From: Mobula birostris | Lineage: Eukaryota | Reading direction: 5' to 3' | NCBI RefSeq assembly: GCF_030028105.1 | Contig: NC_092390.1 | Span: 39,786,777 to 39,850,776, forward strand | DNA length: 64,000 bases | Shown here: positions 52,001 to 64,000 of the stretch, piece after piece | Layout: each line of letters begins with the position of its first letter | Numbering within the stretch: the stretch's first letter is position 1 | The notes under the pieces: model-generated | What the model was told of the DNA's origin: nothing | The model's database searches: none | The model's input: only the letters and a program-made list of their open reading frames with translations | Position numbers and translations under genes: made by a program

Positions 52001-52095
52001 TCACGATGCAGCACCAATACAGTCGTCAATGTAGTGCAGAAATAGTCAGGCAGGATATCCGGGGTAGGCTTGAAACATGGACTTTTCCACGTGGC
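49048..52095 (-). mobile_element. Older PLE (RT, GIY-YIG and terminal repeat) split by a Tc1 insertion
   Basis: LFLHYIDDCIGAA at ~52030. EVQHLIFHLGSLQSDGMNFNFSNL at 49427-49510. The sequence is contiguous across 49648-51252. Confidence 0.8.
49648..51252 (-). mobile_element. Full-length Tc1 (DD34E) transposon with pseudogenised transposase
   Basis: ~220-bp TIRs starting CAAAC(C/T)CCATTTCCAGAAAAGTTGGG. TA at 51253-51254 (left TA mutated). Transposase MGRVSP..STVHNIVKRF, WSDES, QQDN-x-SPDLSPIE with 34 residues between D and E. Stops and a frameshift near 50410-50496. Confidence 0.93.
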
Positions 52096-52404
52096 CAAGA
52101 GAAAAATCTCAGATTCTCTCTTCCTCTTGGACTACTTTACTATGCTGATCTTACTGGTGATTGGGCTAAGAATTTCTAAATTTGCAGGAGTAATGAAAAA
52201 TTTCTGGGTTCCTTCCTGAATCCTAACTCAGTACTATACTATTCTTTCTGCCTTTTACTTCAAGTAGGTCTCTTTCTTGAATGATAAGCTAGTTTGGATG
52301 TAAAACAAAAATATTGGTATCTTCAGCTTTCTGTCTTAAACGTGGTTTAACTGCCAAGATACAGCAATGTATCGAAGCGCTTAACCAAGCTATTTACTTC
52401 TTAG

Positions 52405-52537
52405 GGTTCTTGTACTATGAAGATATCAACCAGGCTGTAAATAAGACAGAGGCAGAAACTGTGGGCCAAATGATTCAAGACATTACTCGTGAATGCACTT
52501 CTGATGCCCAGGTGACTTTGACAGGGGGATTTAGAAG
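52405..52537 (+). CDS. DNTT: TdT coding exon (equivalent to exon 7; start of palm, TGGFRR motif)
   Basis: Acceptor tttacttcttag, donor gtgagt. 133 nt, phase 1/2. Translates (G)FLYYEDINQAVNKTEAETVGQMIQDITRECTSDAQVTLTGGFR(R). GFLYYED is TdT-type. The five exons splice into one uninterrupted frame. Confidence 0.93.
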
Positions 52538-53862
52538 GTGAGTAAATTAGAGAAATTCTAACCTGCTCCAAAATATAATTTCAGCATGTTCTGTTCTAAA
52601 TGCTATTTCCTGTTGTAGACAGTCATTTGAGTAAAGAAGGAACACAAAGCTGAATGTCTGTCTAATTTGAAAGGTTGGTGTTGCTCATGTACTTGCTGGT
52701 ATATCAGTGTTAGCTCGAAATTTTGACAGGTTTTCTCACTTCTCGTGTTTTTTTATAATTCAAATTTTTATTATTATTTATTCTTATTTTACAAAGCAGC
52801 ATAGCATATCACAAAGCAGATACAGTACAGCATATTTACACAGCCATCCCATGATGGGAAAACAAATAAAACTTAGAGACAGAAAGAAGTTCTAATTTAA
52901 GTTTATATTAACATACAACCAAAATTGAACCAACGTGTGTTACATGTGTTTTAACTATTTTATTAATTTTGATTCGTTCATATTTTTGAAATGTATTATT
53001 ATGTGCCTTGCTGGGTTTTTACTTCACCAGATTGCTGCTTTTCACCTTTAGTGTTAGTTGGTAACCTCATTGGCTCTGGGGCATGCAGCTCATGAGCACA
53101 GCTGAACTAGGCATAGGGGAACAGGCGCACAAGTCTCGGGCTGTTCCAGGTGCTGAACTGTTCCGCCTTTAGAGACCTGGAGTTTGCTCTGAAGTTCCCT
53201 GAGCCCTGGTAATATCCATTAATTACCTGTGATTTTGGGTCAAATCCAAAAGTTTTCCCTGCACTTCCTTTGGATGTAAGATCTTTTGAAGTAAGGTGTG
53301 ATGCCTTTCAGTCCTTTATATATGGGCAAGTATGCCAGTTCATATCATTTAAAAAATACTAGTCATATACACAACCAGATTATTTCCAACCTTGGTTTAA
53401 AATGTAATTATTATTGTACAATTTACAGTGTAAAAGAATTTTACACTTTATATTGTGTAACTGGAAACTATATTCAGATTTTAATAGCATAAACCTCTTG
53501 CTGATTAAAATCAATATTTAAGTTTATAAAGCTTCAAACATTAAATTATTCTCTTTACTTTTGAACATATGTGGATGTTTTAGGGGTTCACATATTTTTA
53601 GTGTGCCAAGTTTGTCAAGATTGCAGATATAAGCAGACTGCTTCAACGTAAATAATGCAACACTTGGATATTGGATCATATTTCTACTTTATAATGCAAT
53701 AAATTATTTAGCAGATTTATGTCAACACTACCATTTGCCCAACATCCAACAGTGATATCGCACATACTGACCAACATTGTTATTAGTATGGTTTATTGAA
53801 TATTTCACTATTAATCATCGATAATACACCATTTCACCTTAATTTACATCAAACAATGAAAG

Positions 53863-54205
53863 GGGGGCAGAGCAGTTGGTATTCCTGTTTCATAGCTTCA
53901 GAGAGCTATGTTTGATCATGACTGCATTGAACTTTCCTATTCTCCCCGTGATTGTGTTTGGCTTATCCTAGATGCTCCAGTTTCCCCCCACATCCCAAAG
54001 ATGTACTGGTAGGTTAATTTGCTATTATAGATTACCTCTTAGTGCAGGTCAGTAACAAAGGAGAGTTGTTGGAGGTGTGAGACAGAATACATTGCAGGGC
54101 TAGAGGGAAATACAGTAGTGAGGAGGAATGGAGCTGATTTAATTTTTCTGCTGGAAGTAAGCATGGACCCAGTGGGCAGTACAGCTTCATTCACGTCGTA
54201 GTAAG
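53863..54205 (+). mobile_element. V-SINE (HE1-like), decayed
   Basis: V-domain ttctccccgtg..gatgctccagtttcccccacatcccaaag, with a CR1-like tail. Confidence 0.6.
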
Positions 54206-55496
54206 TAAATTGAAACAGATAAAATAATAGCTGGATTCATTGCTCGTTCTGCCCAGAACAGCACTTTAGTGAAAGCAGTTGTGAACAAGCAGCATCAAGT
54301 TAAATAGCTTCCTCCTTTTGGGAAGTGAGTAAATCAGCACCACCTAACTATTCATCAGAACAATCACAAGACATTTGACATTATTAATATTACAAAAAAC
54401 AGTAAAGCTGGTGGAATATATGGTATTGCTTTAAATTCCAAATTCATCTTCCTTCTCATGGCTTACAGACTTCCCTCCTCCTCCCTCCCTACCCCAAATC
54501 TTTTCTCTCCAAAGCTCAAACTAAAAGGACTTAAACGTGAAGGAATTACGGAAGTGCATTCCAGAAAGAATCCAATCTTACCTAGTAAAAACAATTAAGG
54601 AACAATAGTTTGTTTTTAGTTCAGTCAGTATTTTAGGAATTATAGTTCTGTTACTTTACTGCCATCACTATTTTGGTAAGATAAAATGAGATACAGGTTT
54701 GCATGGTGCACTTGGAGAGCAGATTTGCGGATGTATATTTACATCACCATTCCCATCACAGATTCTTTAAGACATACAACTGATGGTGAAGTAGCTATTT
54801 TCTGAACGGGTTTAAAAAAGTTGTGCAATTTCACCGATCCATGGCAATTTATCGTTCTGCTTCTGCAAAGTTTTCAGTTCCAGCTGCTTTAGGAGCTGAG
54901 CATATGGCAAGAGAAGTCTCCCCAGACTGAATGAAAATATCCTTAAAAAATTCATGAGAATAGTTCCCTTTGACAATAAGAGGTTGTTGATTCTGCTTTC
55001 AAAATGTATGTGGGCAGTTTTGCTGTTGACAATTTAATGCAGAGATCTCCAATAGTAGGATCCATATAAAGTGGGCAATGCTGGATAATGAGGCCCAGTA
55101 GAAGCTGCAGGCAGAAAAAGACAGCAGGTATAAAAAGGACAATGGAATTAGCAGGATCATTATTGTTCATGCCAGCGGCATTTTGGAGCAGTTCCTTCAA
55201 TGTCTGAGCTCATCAGGAGCACCTTAGGGAATATCCTTACAGGATTCTCATTATTGTGCTTCCTGCTATCCAAAGACCTAAAATCAAGGCCAGATCAGGG
55301 TGGAGACACTGACTCGGAAGGTGCAGCAGCAGAGATACTTGTGAAGCCAGGATGTACCTGGCACTCAACCTGATGCATTTAGCCTGAGCTCCCCTTGAAG
55401 CAATAGTGAGTAACTCAGAAAGAAGAGGCTAAGAAATGTAATTCCCTTGATCTATCCCCCTTTTTTTTCTCTAATGCATCGAAGCACACATGCATA

Positions 55497-57071
55497 CAGC
55501 GGCATGCAAAAGTTTGGGCACCCCTGGTCAAAATTTCTGTTACTGTGAATAGTTAAGTGAGTAGAAGATGAACTGATCTCCAAAAGTCATAAAGTTAAAG
55601 ATGAAACATTCTTTTCAACATTTTAAGCAAGATTAGTGTATTATTTTTGTTTTGTATGATCTTAGAGTGAAAAAAAGGAAAGGATTACAATGCAAAAGTT
55701 TGGGCACCCCAAGAGATTTGAGCTCTCAGATAACTTTTACCAAGGTCTCAGACCTTAATTAACTTGTTAGGGCTATGCCTTGTTCACAGTCATTGTTAGG
55801 AAAGGCCAGGTGATGCAAATTTCAAAGCTTTTTAAATACCCTGACTCCTCAAACCTTGTCCCAATAATCAGCAGCCATGGGCTCCTCTAAGCAGCTGCCC
55901 AGCACTCCGAAAATTAAAATAATTAATGCTCACAAAGCAGGAGAAGGCTATAAGAAGATAGAAAAGCGTTTTCAGGTTGCCATTTCCTCAGTTCATAATG
56001 TAATTAAGAAATGGCAGTTAACAGGAATGGTGGAGGACAAGTGGAGATCTGGAAGACCAAGAAAACTTTCCAAGAGAACTGCTTGTAGGATTGCTAGAAA
56101 GGCAAATCAAAGCCCCCGTTTGACTGCAAAAGACCTTCAGGAAGATTTAGCAGACTCTGGAGTGGTGGTGCACTGTTCTACTGTGCAGCGATACCTGCAC
56201 AAATATGACCTTCATGGAAGAGTCATCAGAAGAAAACCTTTCCTGCATCCTCACCTCAAAATTCAGCGTCAGAGGTTTGCAAAGGAATATCTAAAGAAGC
56301 CTGATGCATTTTGGAAACAAGTCCTATGGACTGATGAAGTTAAAATAGAACTTTTTGGCCGCAATGAGCAAAAGTATGTTTAGAGAAAAAAGGGTGCAGA
56401 ATTTCATGAAAAGAACACCTCTCCAACTGTTAAGCACAGGGGTGGATCGATCATGCTTTGGGCCTGTGTTGCAGCCAGTGGCACGGGGAATATTTCACTG
56501 GTAGAGGGAAGAATGAATTCAATTAAATACTAGCAAATTCTGGAAACAAACATCACACCTTCTGTAAAAAAGCTGAAGATGAAAATAGGATGGCTTCTAC
56601 AACAGAATAATGATCCTAAACACACCTTGAAATCCACAATGGACTACCTCAAGAGGCGCAAGCATCATCGACGTAAACATCATTGAAAATCTGTGGATAA
56701 ACCTCAAAAGAGCAGTGCATGCAAGACAGCCCAAGAATCTCACAGAACTAGAAGCCTTTTGCAAGGAAGAATGGGCGAAAATCCCCCAAACAAGAATTGA
56801 AAGCGTTTACAAGCTGTGATACTTGCCAAAGGGGGTGTTACTAAGTACTGACCATGCAGGGTGCCCAAACTTTTGCTTTGGGCCCTTTTCCTTTTTTGTT
56901 ATTTTGAAACTGTAAAAGATGGAAATAAAAAAGTAATCTCACTTAAAATATTAAAGAAATGTGTCATCTTTAACTTTATGCCTTTTGGAAATCTGGTCTA
57001 TGTTTACTCACTTAGCTATTCACAGTAACAGAAATTTTGACCAGGGGTGCCCAAACTTTTGTATGCCACTG
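55497..57071 (+). mobile_element. Near full-length Tc1 transposon with IR/DR-type long TIRs and pseudogenised transposase
   Basis: TIR CAG(C/T)GGCAT(G/A)CAAAAGTTTGGGCACCCC, repeated internally at ~55690 and ~56860. TA TSDs. Transposase 55877-56851 (GRPRKL, VLWTDE, IIENLW) has TAG stops and a deletion in the D-E spacer. Confidence 0.93.
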
Positions 57072-59361
57072 TATATACTCAACAGTGCTTCCTCCTCAGT
57101 ATTTTGTAACATGCAATCCCTAGTCCATGGGCAGCCAGTGGAAAGAGTAAGTGTGCTGTCACGCTTCAAGGTTTAAGCGAGAAATGCTTGTAATTCAAGA
57201 GGGAAATTAAGTACCGAAACTGCTGGAACCGAACAAAGGAGAGAACTCGTATGGGAATTCTTGAAACTTGCAGGAAGAACAGACTGTGTGAAGCAACAGC
57301 AGCTTCGGAGAGCAGGAATCAACAGCAGAGTTTCCTGTGGCACCCGGCTTACTACTGGATCTGAGAACAGCAAGACCCGTTGGAAGCTGGTTCAGAAATT
57401 ATAGAGATGTGTTGCCTAGGCAACCACTACAAATTTTAGCAGTTCAAAGAGCGCCGCGGAAGTTTAATGAGGTCACAATGTTGTGTATAGTAAATGGAGA
57501 CTGTTTTGCATTCACAGCCTGTGTGAATGATCAGGTCATGATCTGCTCACTTGCATGTCTGGACCAATAATTGACTTATTCATTTTGTATTGTGTGCAAT
57601 TAGTATCAGTTCACATCATACACATTCACCTCTTGCCCAGATACAAGCATTAGTGCAATGCATAGTAAATACCATTCCATTCTATTTTTTTTATGGTTTA
57701 CTCTAGAAGGAAAGAAAATTGAGAAGTAATTATTTGTTCAGAGAGTTACCATTTTTTTGTTTGTTAATGTGGTCCTGAAGTGATTGAACCTCTGGAGGGT
57801 GTAGTTCTAGAAGAGAGGATTGGAAAGTGTAGTTCTGCTGATGCATCTCTCGTATGAAAACACACGGACGTGCACACACGCACGCAAAATGATTTGAATG
57901 TGTCAACCGTCATAGAAGTTCCCATAATCAGAGACAAGGAAACATTCTTTAAGTCATGACTGATGCTTCAGACAGAAGTTCAAACTGTCCAGGAAGCTGT
58001 CAGCAGATATTTCTTATGCCATTTAACTGATATTATGGGTAGCTTGACTCATATTTCAGAACTATATAGAAAACATGTTACACACAGCAGTTTCCTGGCT
58101 TTATTATATTGATGCTGCAAAGGAAGACTCAGATACCAAGAAATCCATCATAACTGGCTGTGCATACATGCAAAATAATTGTATTACTCTCCAGATTTAA
58201 TTCCATTCAGATGAGGTGCTCCTGACTAGGGGTGAGTTTCACAGGCAGTTTATAGCAAATCTGGCATGGAAATTTGATTTGGGGGTTGGTGCTGTAATGG
58301 CACCACGTTATCAATTATTAATCAGGCTGCTCCATTGTACTCCCGTAATCAGGAGCAGACGATAGGTGTGGCTTCTGTGAGTAGGACTTGATAGGTCTTG
58401 TTACGGCGAATGTTGTCAGTTAGTATCAGCAATAAACATATGCTTAGTATTATTGTACACTGGTGCTCAACAATAGTAGACATTCCCAAAAGTACCATAC
58501 CTCAATATCATACATTAATAGACCTGTGGACACCTACACAGCATCCCAACGTTACATAGTTACAGACCTCTACTGATCTATTCTGTACCCCATGTAATTT
58601 AGTGACAGTTCTGTACTGTACTCCTGTGATATGCGGTGATTGTCTTGGAACAGTTTCTCTCCTCTGCCATCAGATTTATGAAGGGTCCATGAACAATATC
58701 TCTTTTGCACTATATATTTATTTATTATTGTAACTTTGCGTAACTTTCATATGTTTTGCACTGTACTGTTGCCACAGAATAATAAATTTCATGACAAATG
58801 TCAGTGATCATAAACCCGATTCTGTTCTGACCCTGTGTGACGCAATGGCAGAGCCGTGGCAGTCAGTGGATTCTGGGGACGGAGACAGACATTGAACAGG
58901 TCCCAGATTTGGCCGGCTCCATTAACTCAAGCATGGCACTGTGTGGGGCCAAGGGACCCAATCCCAATATAAGCTAGCCCCAGGGGACCTGGCGCTGGCA
59001 TTAGGTGGGGACTGATAGTCACACACTTCCAGCATTAGTGGAAACACAGTGCCAGTATTAGTTGGGGCTCAGAGACCCTGACCCAACATTGAGTTGGCTT
59101 CAGGGACCAGGTCCTGGCATGGGGTGTGCCCCAGGTAGCAGATCCCAAGATTAGGTGGGCCACGAGAGTACAATCTTGTAATCTCAGCAGCCACAGAGAC
59201 CAGGACTCAAGAAAGTTGTGGTTCAAAGAGAGGCAGGTACAGGATCTAGGCTGGCATTGCAGCAGTGAATAAGCTTCAAAAATACATAACTTCTTCCAAG
59301 GTAGTTTTGAATGTTCTAATACAATGAATGACACCATCTAGCCTTCCTTTATTTAATATTT

Positions 59362-59671
59362 GTGTCACATGGCCAAGTGGTTAAGGCATTGGACTAGTGA
59401 CCTGAAGGTCGTGAGTTCGAGCCCCAGCTGAGGCAACGTGCTGGGTCCTTGAGCAAGGCATTTAATCACACATTGCTCTGCGACGACACTGGTGCCAAGC
59501 TGTATGGGTCCTAATGCCCTTCCCTTGGACAACATTGGTGTCGTAGAGAGGGGAGACTTGCAGCATGGGCAATTGCTGGTCTTCCATACAACCTTGCCCA
59601 GGCCTGCGCCCTGGGGAGCGAAGACTTTCCAGGCACAGATCCACGGTCTCACAAGACTAACGGATGCCTTT
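59362..59671 (+). mobile_element. tRNA-derived SINE with intact Pol III boxes
   Basis: A box TGGCCAAGTGG (59370-59380), B box GTTCGAGCC (59415-59423), AGT at the anticodon position, ~230-bp body. Confidence 0.75.
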
Positions 59672-59699
59672 ATTTTCATGTGTCTGATAAGCAGCAATT

Positions 59700-60170
59700 C
59701 ACAGGAAAAACAAATTAAACTTAAGTTTTTACAAGAAAGAACATAATTAGAACAAAACAAAACAAAGACCATTTTAATGCAAAGTTGTTGCGGTGCTGCT
59801 ATACTGAGGTAGTGATCAGGGTTGTGCCAGACTGTATGGTTGAATGGAGGTAGCTGTTCTTGAATCTGGTGGTGTGGTACTTCAGGCTTCTGCACCTTCT
59901 GTCCAATGGAAGCTGTGAGAAGATGGCATGGGCCATCTTTGATAACGGATGTTGCCTTCTTAAGGCAATGCCTGTTGTAGATACTAGCAATGGTGGGTAG
60001 GGATATGCCCTGATGTATTGTGGCTGAGTCCATGATCCACTGTAGCTTCTTACTTTCCTGCACGTTTGATGATACAACCAGTCAGAATAGTTTCAAAAGT
60101 ACACCTATAGAAGCTTGTTAGAGTCTCTGGTGTCAATTCAAACCTCCCTAACCTCCTAAGAAAGTAAAGA
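59700..60170 (-). mobile_element. Rex1/Babar 3' fragment
   Basis: KKLQWIMDSA..LPTIASIYNRHCLKKATSVIKD; RRCRSLKYHTTRFKNSY. Confidence 0.75.
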
Positions 60171-61354
60171 TGTAGACCTGCCTTCCTTGCGATAGTAAAA
60201 TAAATAAAAATAAAGTGACTTGGGAACATTTGGTTGTGCTGGTGGAAATTTTTCAGTGTCTGCTCCCAGGCAGGTCAGAATGCTGATCAAAATGCCTGAA
60301 AAATATTCAGCAATTTGTGAAGGAAAGACAAGATTTCAAGCAGTTCATTTTGTCAGAATCCAAGTAACTTGAAGAGGAACATATGGATGATGATTTTTCC
60401 TAATCATTAGAAAGAAATCTCATTAATTAGCATAATTAAACCCAGCAGTAAAATGAGAAGTAACTGTTGTTCCTTTTTTCTGGTATACACGTGATTTTAT
60501 TTTTCAGTAGATAACAAATACTGGAGATACTGATCTACCTGCCTGGCTCCTTTTTATTGTCAAATGAGTCAGTTAGCTGAATGATATTCTTAATAGACAT
60601 TAAACATTACAATTCTACACCCCTGTATTATTCATGTTAAGTACCCCAGATGTATGGAAATTGAAAAATAATTTTCCAAGTATTGTGTTACCAACAGTAA
60701 TGAACTTGGAATAAAAGGAGTGTATTAATTCATTGTTATTCCAAAGCAATTTTAGTTTCAAGACTGTTGGATAAAATGTCTCTATAGGTCATCATGGAAA
60801 CAATAATTACTTCTTGGATTGTCAAGTGTGGTTAACTACTTTCCATTAGAATGCAAAGGGATCCTTTCAGTGGGTGATCGAAAATCCATCATATCTGAAC
60901 AAGAGATTGTCATGAGGTTGTTTTGCCAATTAGGTTTTTCTGAAATTGCTTGGCTTCAGTCATAACTGACAAATGATCACAACTGTTTCTACATTTGTGA
61001 AAGTAGATGAACTATCACAATGTGCATCCTTAAGGAGAGAGAAGCTTCAAAAATGAGCAATTTACATTCTTCTTTTGAACAAAGTGTCAACAAAGTTCTT
61101 TAATCAAAAATATAAAGTTTTGGAAAAGATTTAGCATAATAGGCAGTATCTGAAGAGAAGGAAGCAATGTTTCAGGTTCATCACATTTCATTAGAACTAG
61201 AAGCTGTGCTGCTGAGTATTTCCAACCCCCCCAAGTTTCTGATTTCTTTTCATATTTCTATGATCAGTAATAATTTATGTTTGAATTGAAGCTTACAGTA
61301 ATAGTCACAAAATATTCCTTCTCCTTCAGCCCTTTAACCTCTGACCTCTCAGCT

Positions 61355-61870
61355 TCTCACTTTCCCCCTCCCCATCCACCCACCTTCCCCTCCCCATCCA
61401 CCCACCTTCCCCCTCCTCCCATCCACCCACTTTCCCCTCCCCCATCCTCCTACTTTTCCCCTCCCCATCCACTCACCTTCCCCCTCCCCATCCACCTACT
61501 TCCCCCTCCCCCATCCACCCACCTTCCCCCTCCCCATCCACCCACCTTCCCCCTCCCCATCCACCCACCTTCCCCACCCCCATCCACCCACCCACCTACC
61601 TTCCCCCTCCCCATCCACCCACCTTCCCCCCTCCATCCACCCACCTTCCTCCTCTCCATCTACCTACCTTCCCCCTCCCCATCCACCCACCTTCCCCCCT
61701 CCATCCACCCACCTTCCTCCTCTCCATCCACCCACCTTCCCCCTCTCCATCCACCCACCTTCCCCCTCATCCACCCACCTTCCCCCTCCCCATCCACCCA
61801 CCTTCCCCCTCCCCATCCATCCACCTTCCCCCCATTTACCCAACTTCCCCTCCCCCCATCCACCCACTTT
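61355..61870. repeat. C-rich minisatellite (~21-23-bp unit CCCCATCCACCCACCTTCCCCCT), roughly 20+ degenerate copies, inside a PLE 3' region
   Basis: Direct inspection. Flanked by PLE 3'UTR/terminal-repeat sequence (61310-61355, 61870-62050) that includes a decayed hammerhead (ccgatgaaggg..cctgaaatg). Confidence 0.85.
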
Positions 61871-63869
61871 CTCCCTCTCCTGGCTTCACCTATCATCTGC
61901 CAGCTTGTATTTCTTCCTATCGCCCCACCTTCTTATTCTGGCCTCTTCCCCATTCCTTTCCAGTCCGATGAAGGGTCTTTACCTGAAATGTTGATTGTTT
62001 ATCCTTCTCCACAAATGCTGCCTGACCTGTCCAGCATTTTGTGTTTGATATATTAAAAATATTTTTACTAAATTTTGAATACAAGGATGTACAACAGGAA
62101 AATGGTATGTTAGTATACAAAGATGAAATCTTGAAAATGCTGGCAAGCCTGCATTCCAAATACCTTAGCTATTGTCCGGCACATTTATGCCCACAAATCT
62201 CCGAGCAGTTTGGGTAGATTTTACGTAGGCTTTACTAGGTCACTGGATGTTAGAAATGCTTTAATCAGCAAATTTTTACAGGATACTAAAATGAATTTCA
62301 CCCATCTACCAAAAGTGAATAATTACAGAGGGAAACTTTTGGCACCATTAAAGGTAACCCAGATATTTTGTGGCAAGATTGACCAACGGAATCCAAGATA
62401 AAATATCATATGTTAAAATTGTTCATCTGCTGACATTTAATGTATAAGGATATCAATCTTAAACTAAGTCAGAGTTTTCTGTTCTTCCATTTAAAAAAAA
62501 GTCAACTTTTATTCAAGAGATGTATGACAGCAAAAATTGAATTAAAGAAGGTAACTTGTTATCAGAGTATACAAAAAAGGCATGAGCCACATCACACAGC
62601 ATAGCATCACGGACATTGGCATCAAATAAAATCTCCGAGAAATTGGTAACTTTCTGTTTCTGTGTAGGAGACAATGGGGAATATGTTATTCTTTGCTGAC
62701 ACATATGTAAGCAGGGGTGTAAACTACATTTCCACTTTTTCTATAAAAATGTGCCTGCTGCAGGGGAAAAATTCCTGAATTGCATATTGTGAAAGCACTT
62801 AACGAGGTCTTAAAATACCTCATGGCAGTGTGATGTTATAGTAGGAAAGTCAGTGGAATTTAAGTTTGAAGTCACAAATCTCTCATATGCAGCAGTTGTG
62901 ATCTTAATGTTACTGCAAGGAAAGTGGTTAAAACCCAAAACCAGGCTATTGGTCCATAAGAGCAGAGAGAAGGTCAGTCCAGTTTGAGAGCCATCATACA
63001 GAGGTTTGACAGTGTATAATCCTGCTAGGCTCTGAGCTGAAAGAAGATTTCTAGTTAATAAGGGGAGGGAAAAAAGCCTTAAGAATGGATGCTTAAATAT
63101 TGTTAATGGAATATGAAAATCTTGATAGTGTTGTTCCATACTACAAAAGAAGAAGAAATGTTTAGCTTAACAAATGATGAAACTAGTAGGCAAGCTAAAT
63201 GCTTACTGTAGGAATTTGGAAAGTAAATGCAGGGCAATTATGCAAACTATTTAAATGTTGATAGATCCTTGCATTTTAATTAATACTGAGAGCAAATTCA
63301 CCTATTCAATTGGAAATTAGTTGGGTTTATGAAAATTAAATGACTCACTGACCAGAAATGAAACCATTTGACCTTTAGTAAATCAAAATGAACTTCCGCA
63401 GATTGGAATAAAAAATTGATATGAAAAGATTCTATTAAGATGCAAGTGCCTTTTTGAAGAACATATTATGTTGAAAGAATTTTTAATATGTTGAAGGGAA
63501 GTTGTTGATAAAATATTTACTGAAACTGTACTTTGGAACTGTTGGAGAAAAGAATGTCTTAAACAAGGAAGTAACTTAATAATTTTACAGGCTTGGAAAT
63601 GATAAAGGTGATACATAATATATTTCTGCAAAGCAAGGACTAACTTGGAACCCTACCTCCAGTCTATTTCGGAGGTTTATTTTTTTCTGTTTTTTTTTCC
63701 TCTCATACCACACGGTTGCAGCTGCTCATAGTGTGACCCCACATGGAATTTTCTAAACTGGCTCTAATTAGTTGTTTATAAATGTTAAACGATTTCCAAT
63801 AGATGCTCCTTATTGGTAAGCCAACACTGGGGAAAACAACTGAAATTGTGATAAGCAATTATATCTAAA

Positions 63870-64000
63870 GCAAACAACAGCAATTCTGCAGATGCTGGAA
63901 ATTCAAGCAACACACATCAAAGTTGCTGGTGAACGCAGCAGGCCAGGCAGCATCTGTAGGAAGAGGTGCAGTCGACGTTTCAGGCCGAGACCCTTCGTCA
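63870..64000 (-). mobile_element. Inverted arm of another PLE insertion, cut by the window edge
   Basis: aattctgcagatgctggaaattcaagcaacacacatcaaagttgctgg..gtcgacgtttcaggccgagacccttcgtca. The antisense hammerhead reads GAAACGUC-GACU. Confidence 0.85.

Noticed and set aside
57525-57740. Possible TdT exon 8 (GHD.. at ~57527 or tag|AAGGAAAG at ~57706)
   Set aside because: Neither gives GK..GHDVDFLI and both hit stop codons; exon 8 is probably beyond the window.
59045-59083. RSS heptamer CACAGTG, given the V(D)J context
   Set aside because: No nonamer at 12- or 23-bp spacing.
59365-60063. 232-aa minus-strand ORF
   Set aside because: A chance frame running through a Rex1 fragment and the antisense of a SINE.
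61277-62056. 259-aa proline-rich ORF and the overlapping glycine-rich ORFs
   Set aside because: Translations of the C-rich minisatellite; no splice or domain evidence.

Overview
Eukaryotic, AT-rich genomic DNA. The repeat families (PLE, CR1, Rex1/Babar, HE1-like and Deu-domain SINEs) suggest a cartilaginous fish, probably a ray; this is inference. The whole window lies inside one + strand host gene encoding terminal deoxynucleotidyl transferase (DNTT/TdT, Pol X family). Five coding exons are visible (7265-7381, 36921-37091, 38263-38334, 41292-41415, 52405-52537), equivalent to mammalian exons 3-7. They have canonical AG/GT sites and join in one open frame. The BRCT exons and the catalytic GHDVD exon lie outside the window. 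The introns are huge (intron 3 is ~29.5 kb) and packed with transposons: Penelope-like elements (PLEs) carrying minimal hammerhead ribozyme motifs, CR1, Rex1/Babar, L1, an R4/Dong-type RLE retrotransposon, a decayed Ty3/Gypsy chromovirus, Tc1, Tigger, hAT and Harbinger elements, and SINEs. Nearly all ORFs in the supplied track are TE fragments or artefacts. I cannot demonstrate a clearly new biological system. The best leads are a PLE family with a stereotyped inverted-arm/TSD architecture and hammerheads, a candidate in-frame cassette exon of TdT (3390-3440), an R4-clade element next to a TAA-like repeat inside a multi-layer TE nest, and a ~355-bp inversion that breaks a PLE terminal repeat. 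Ends of degenerate repeats are approximate.
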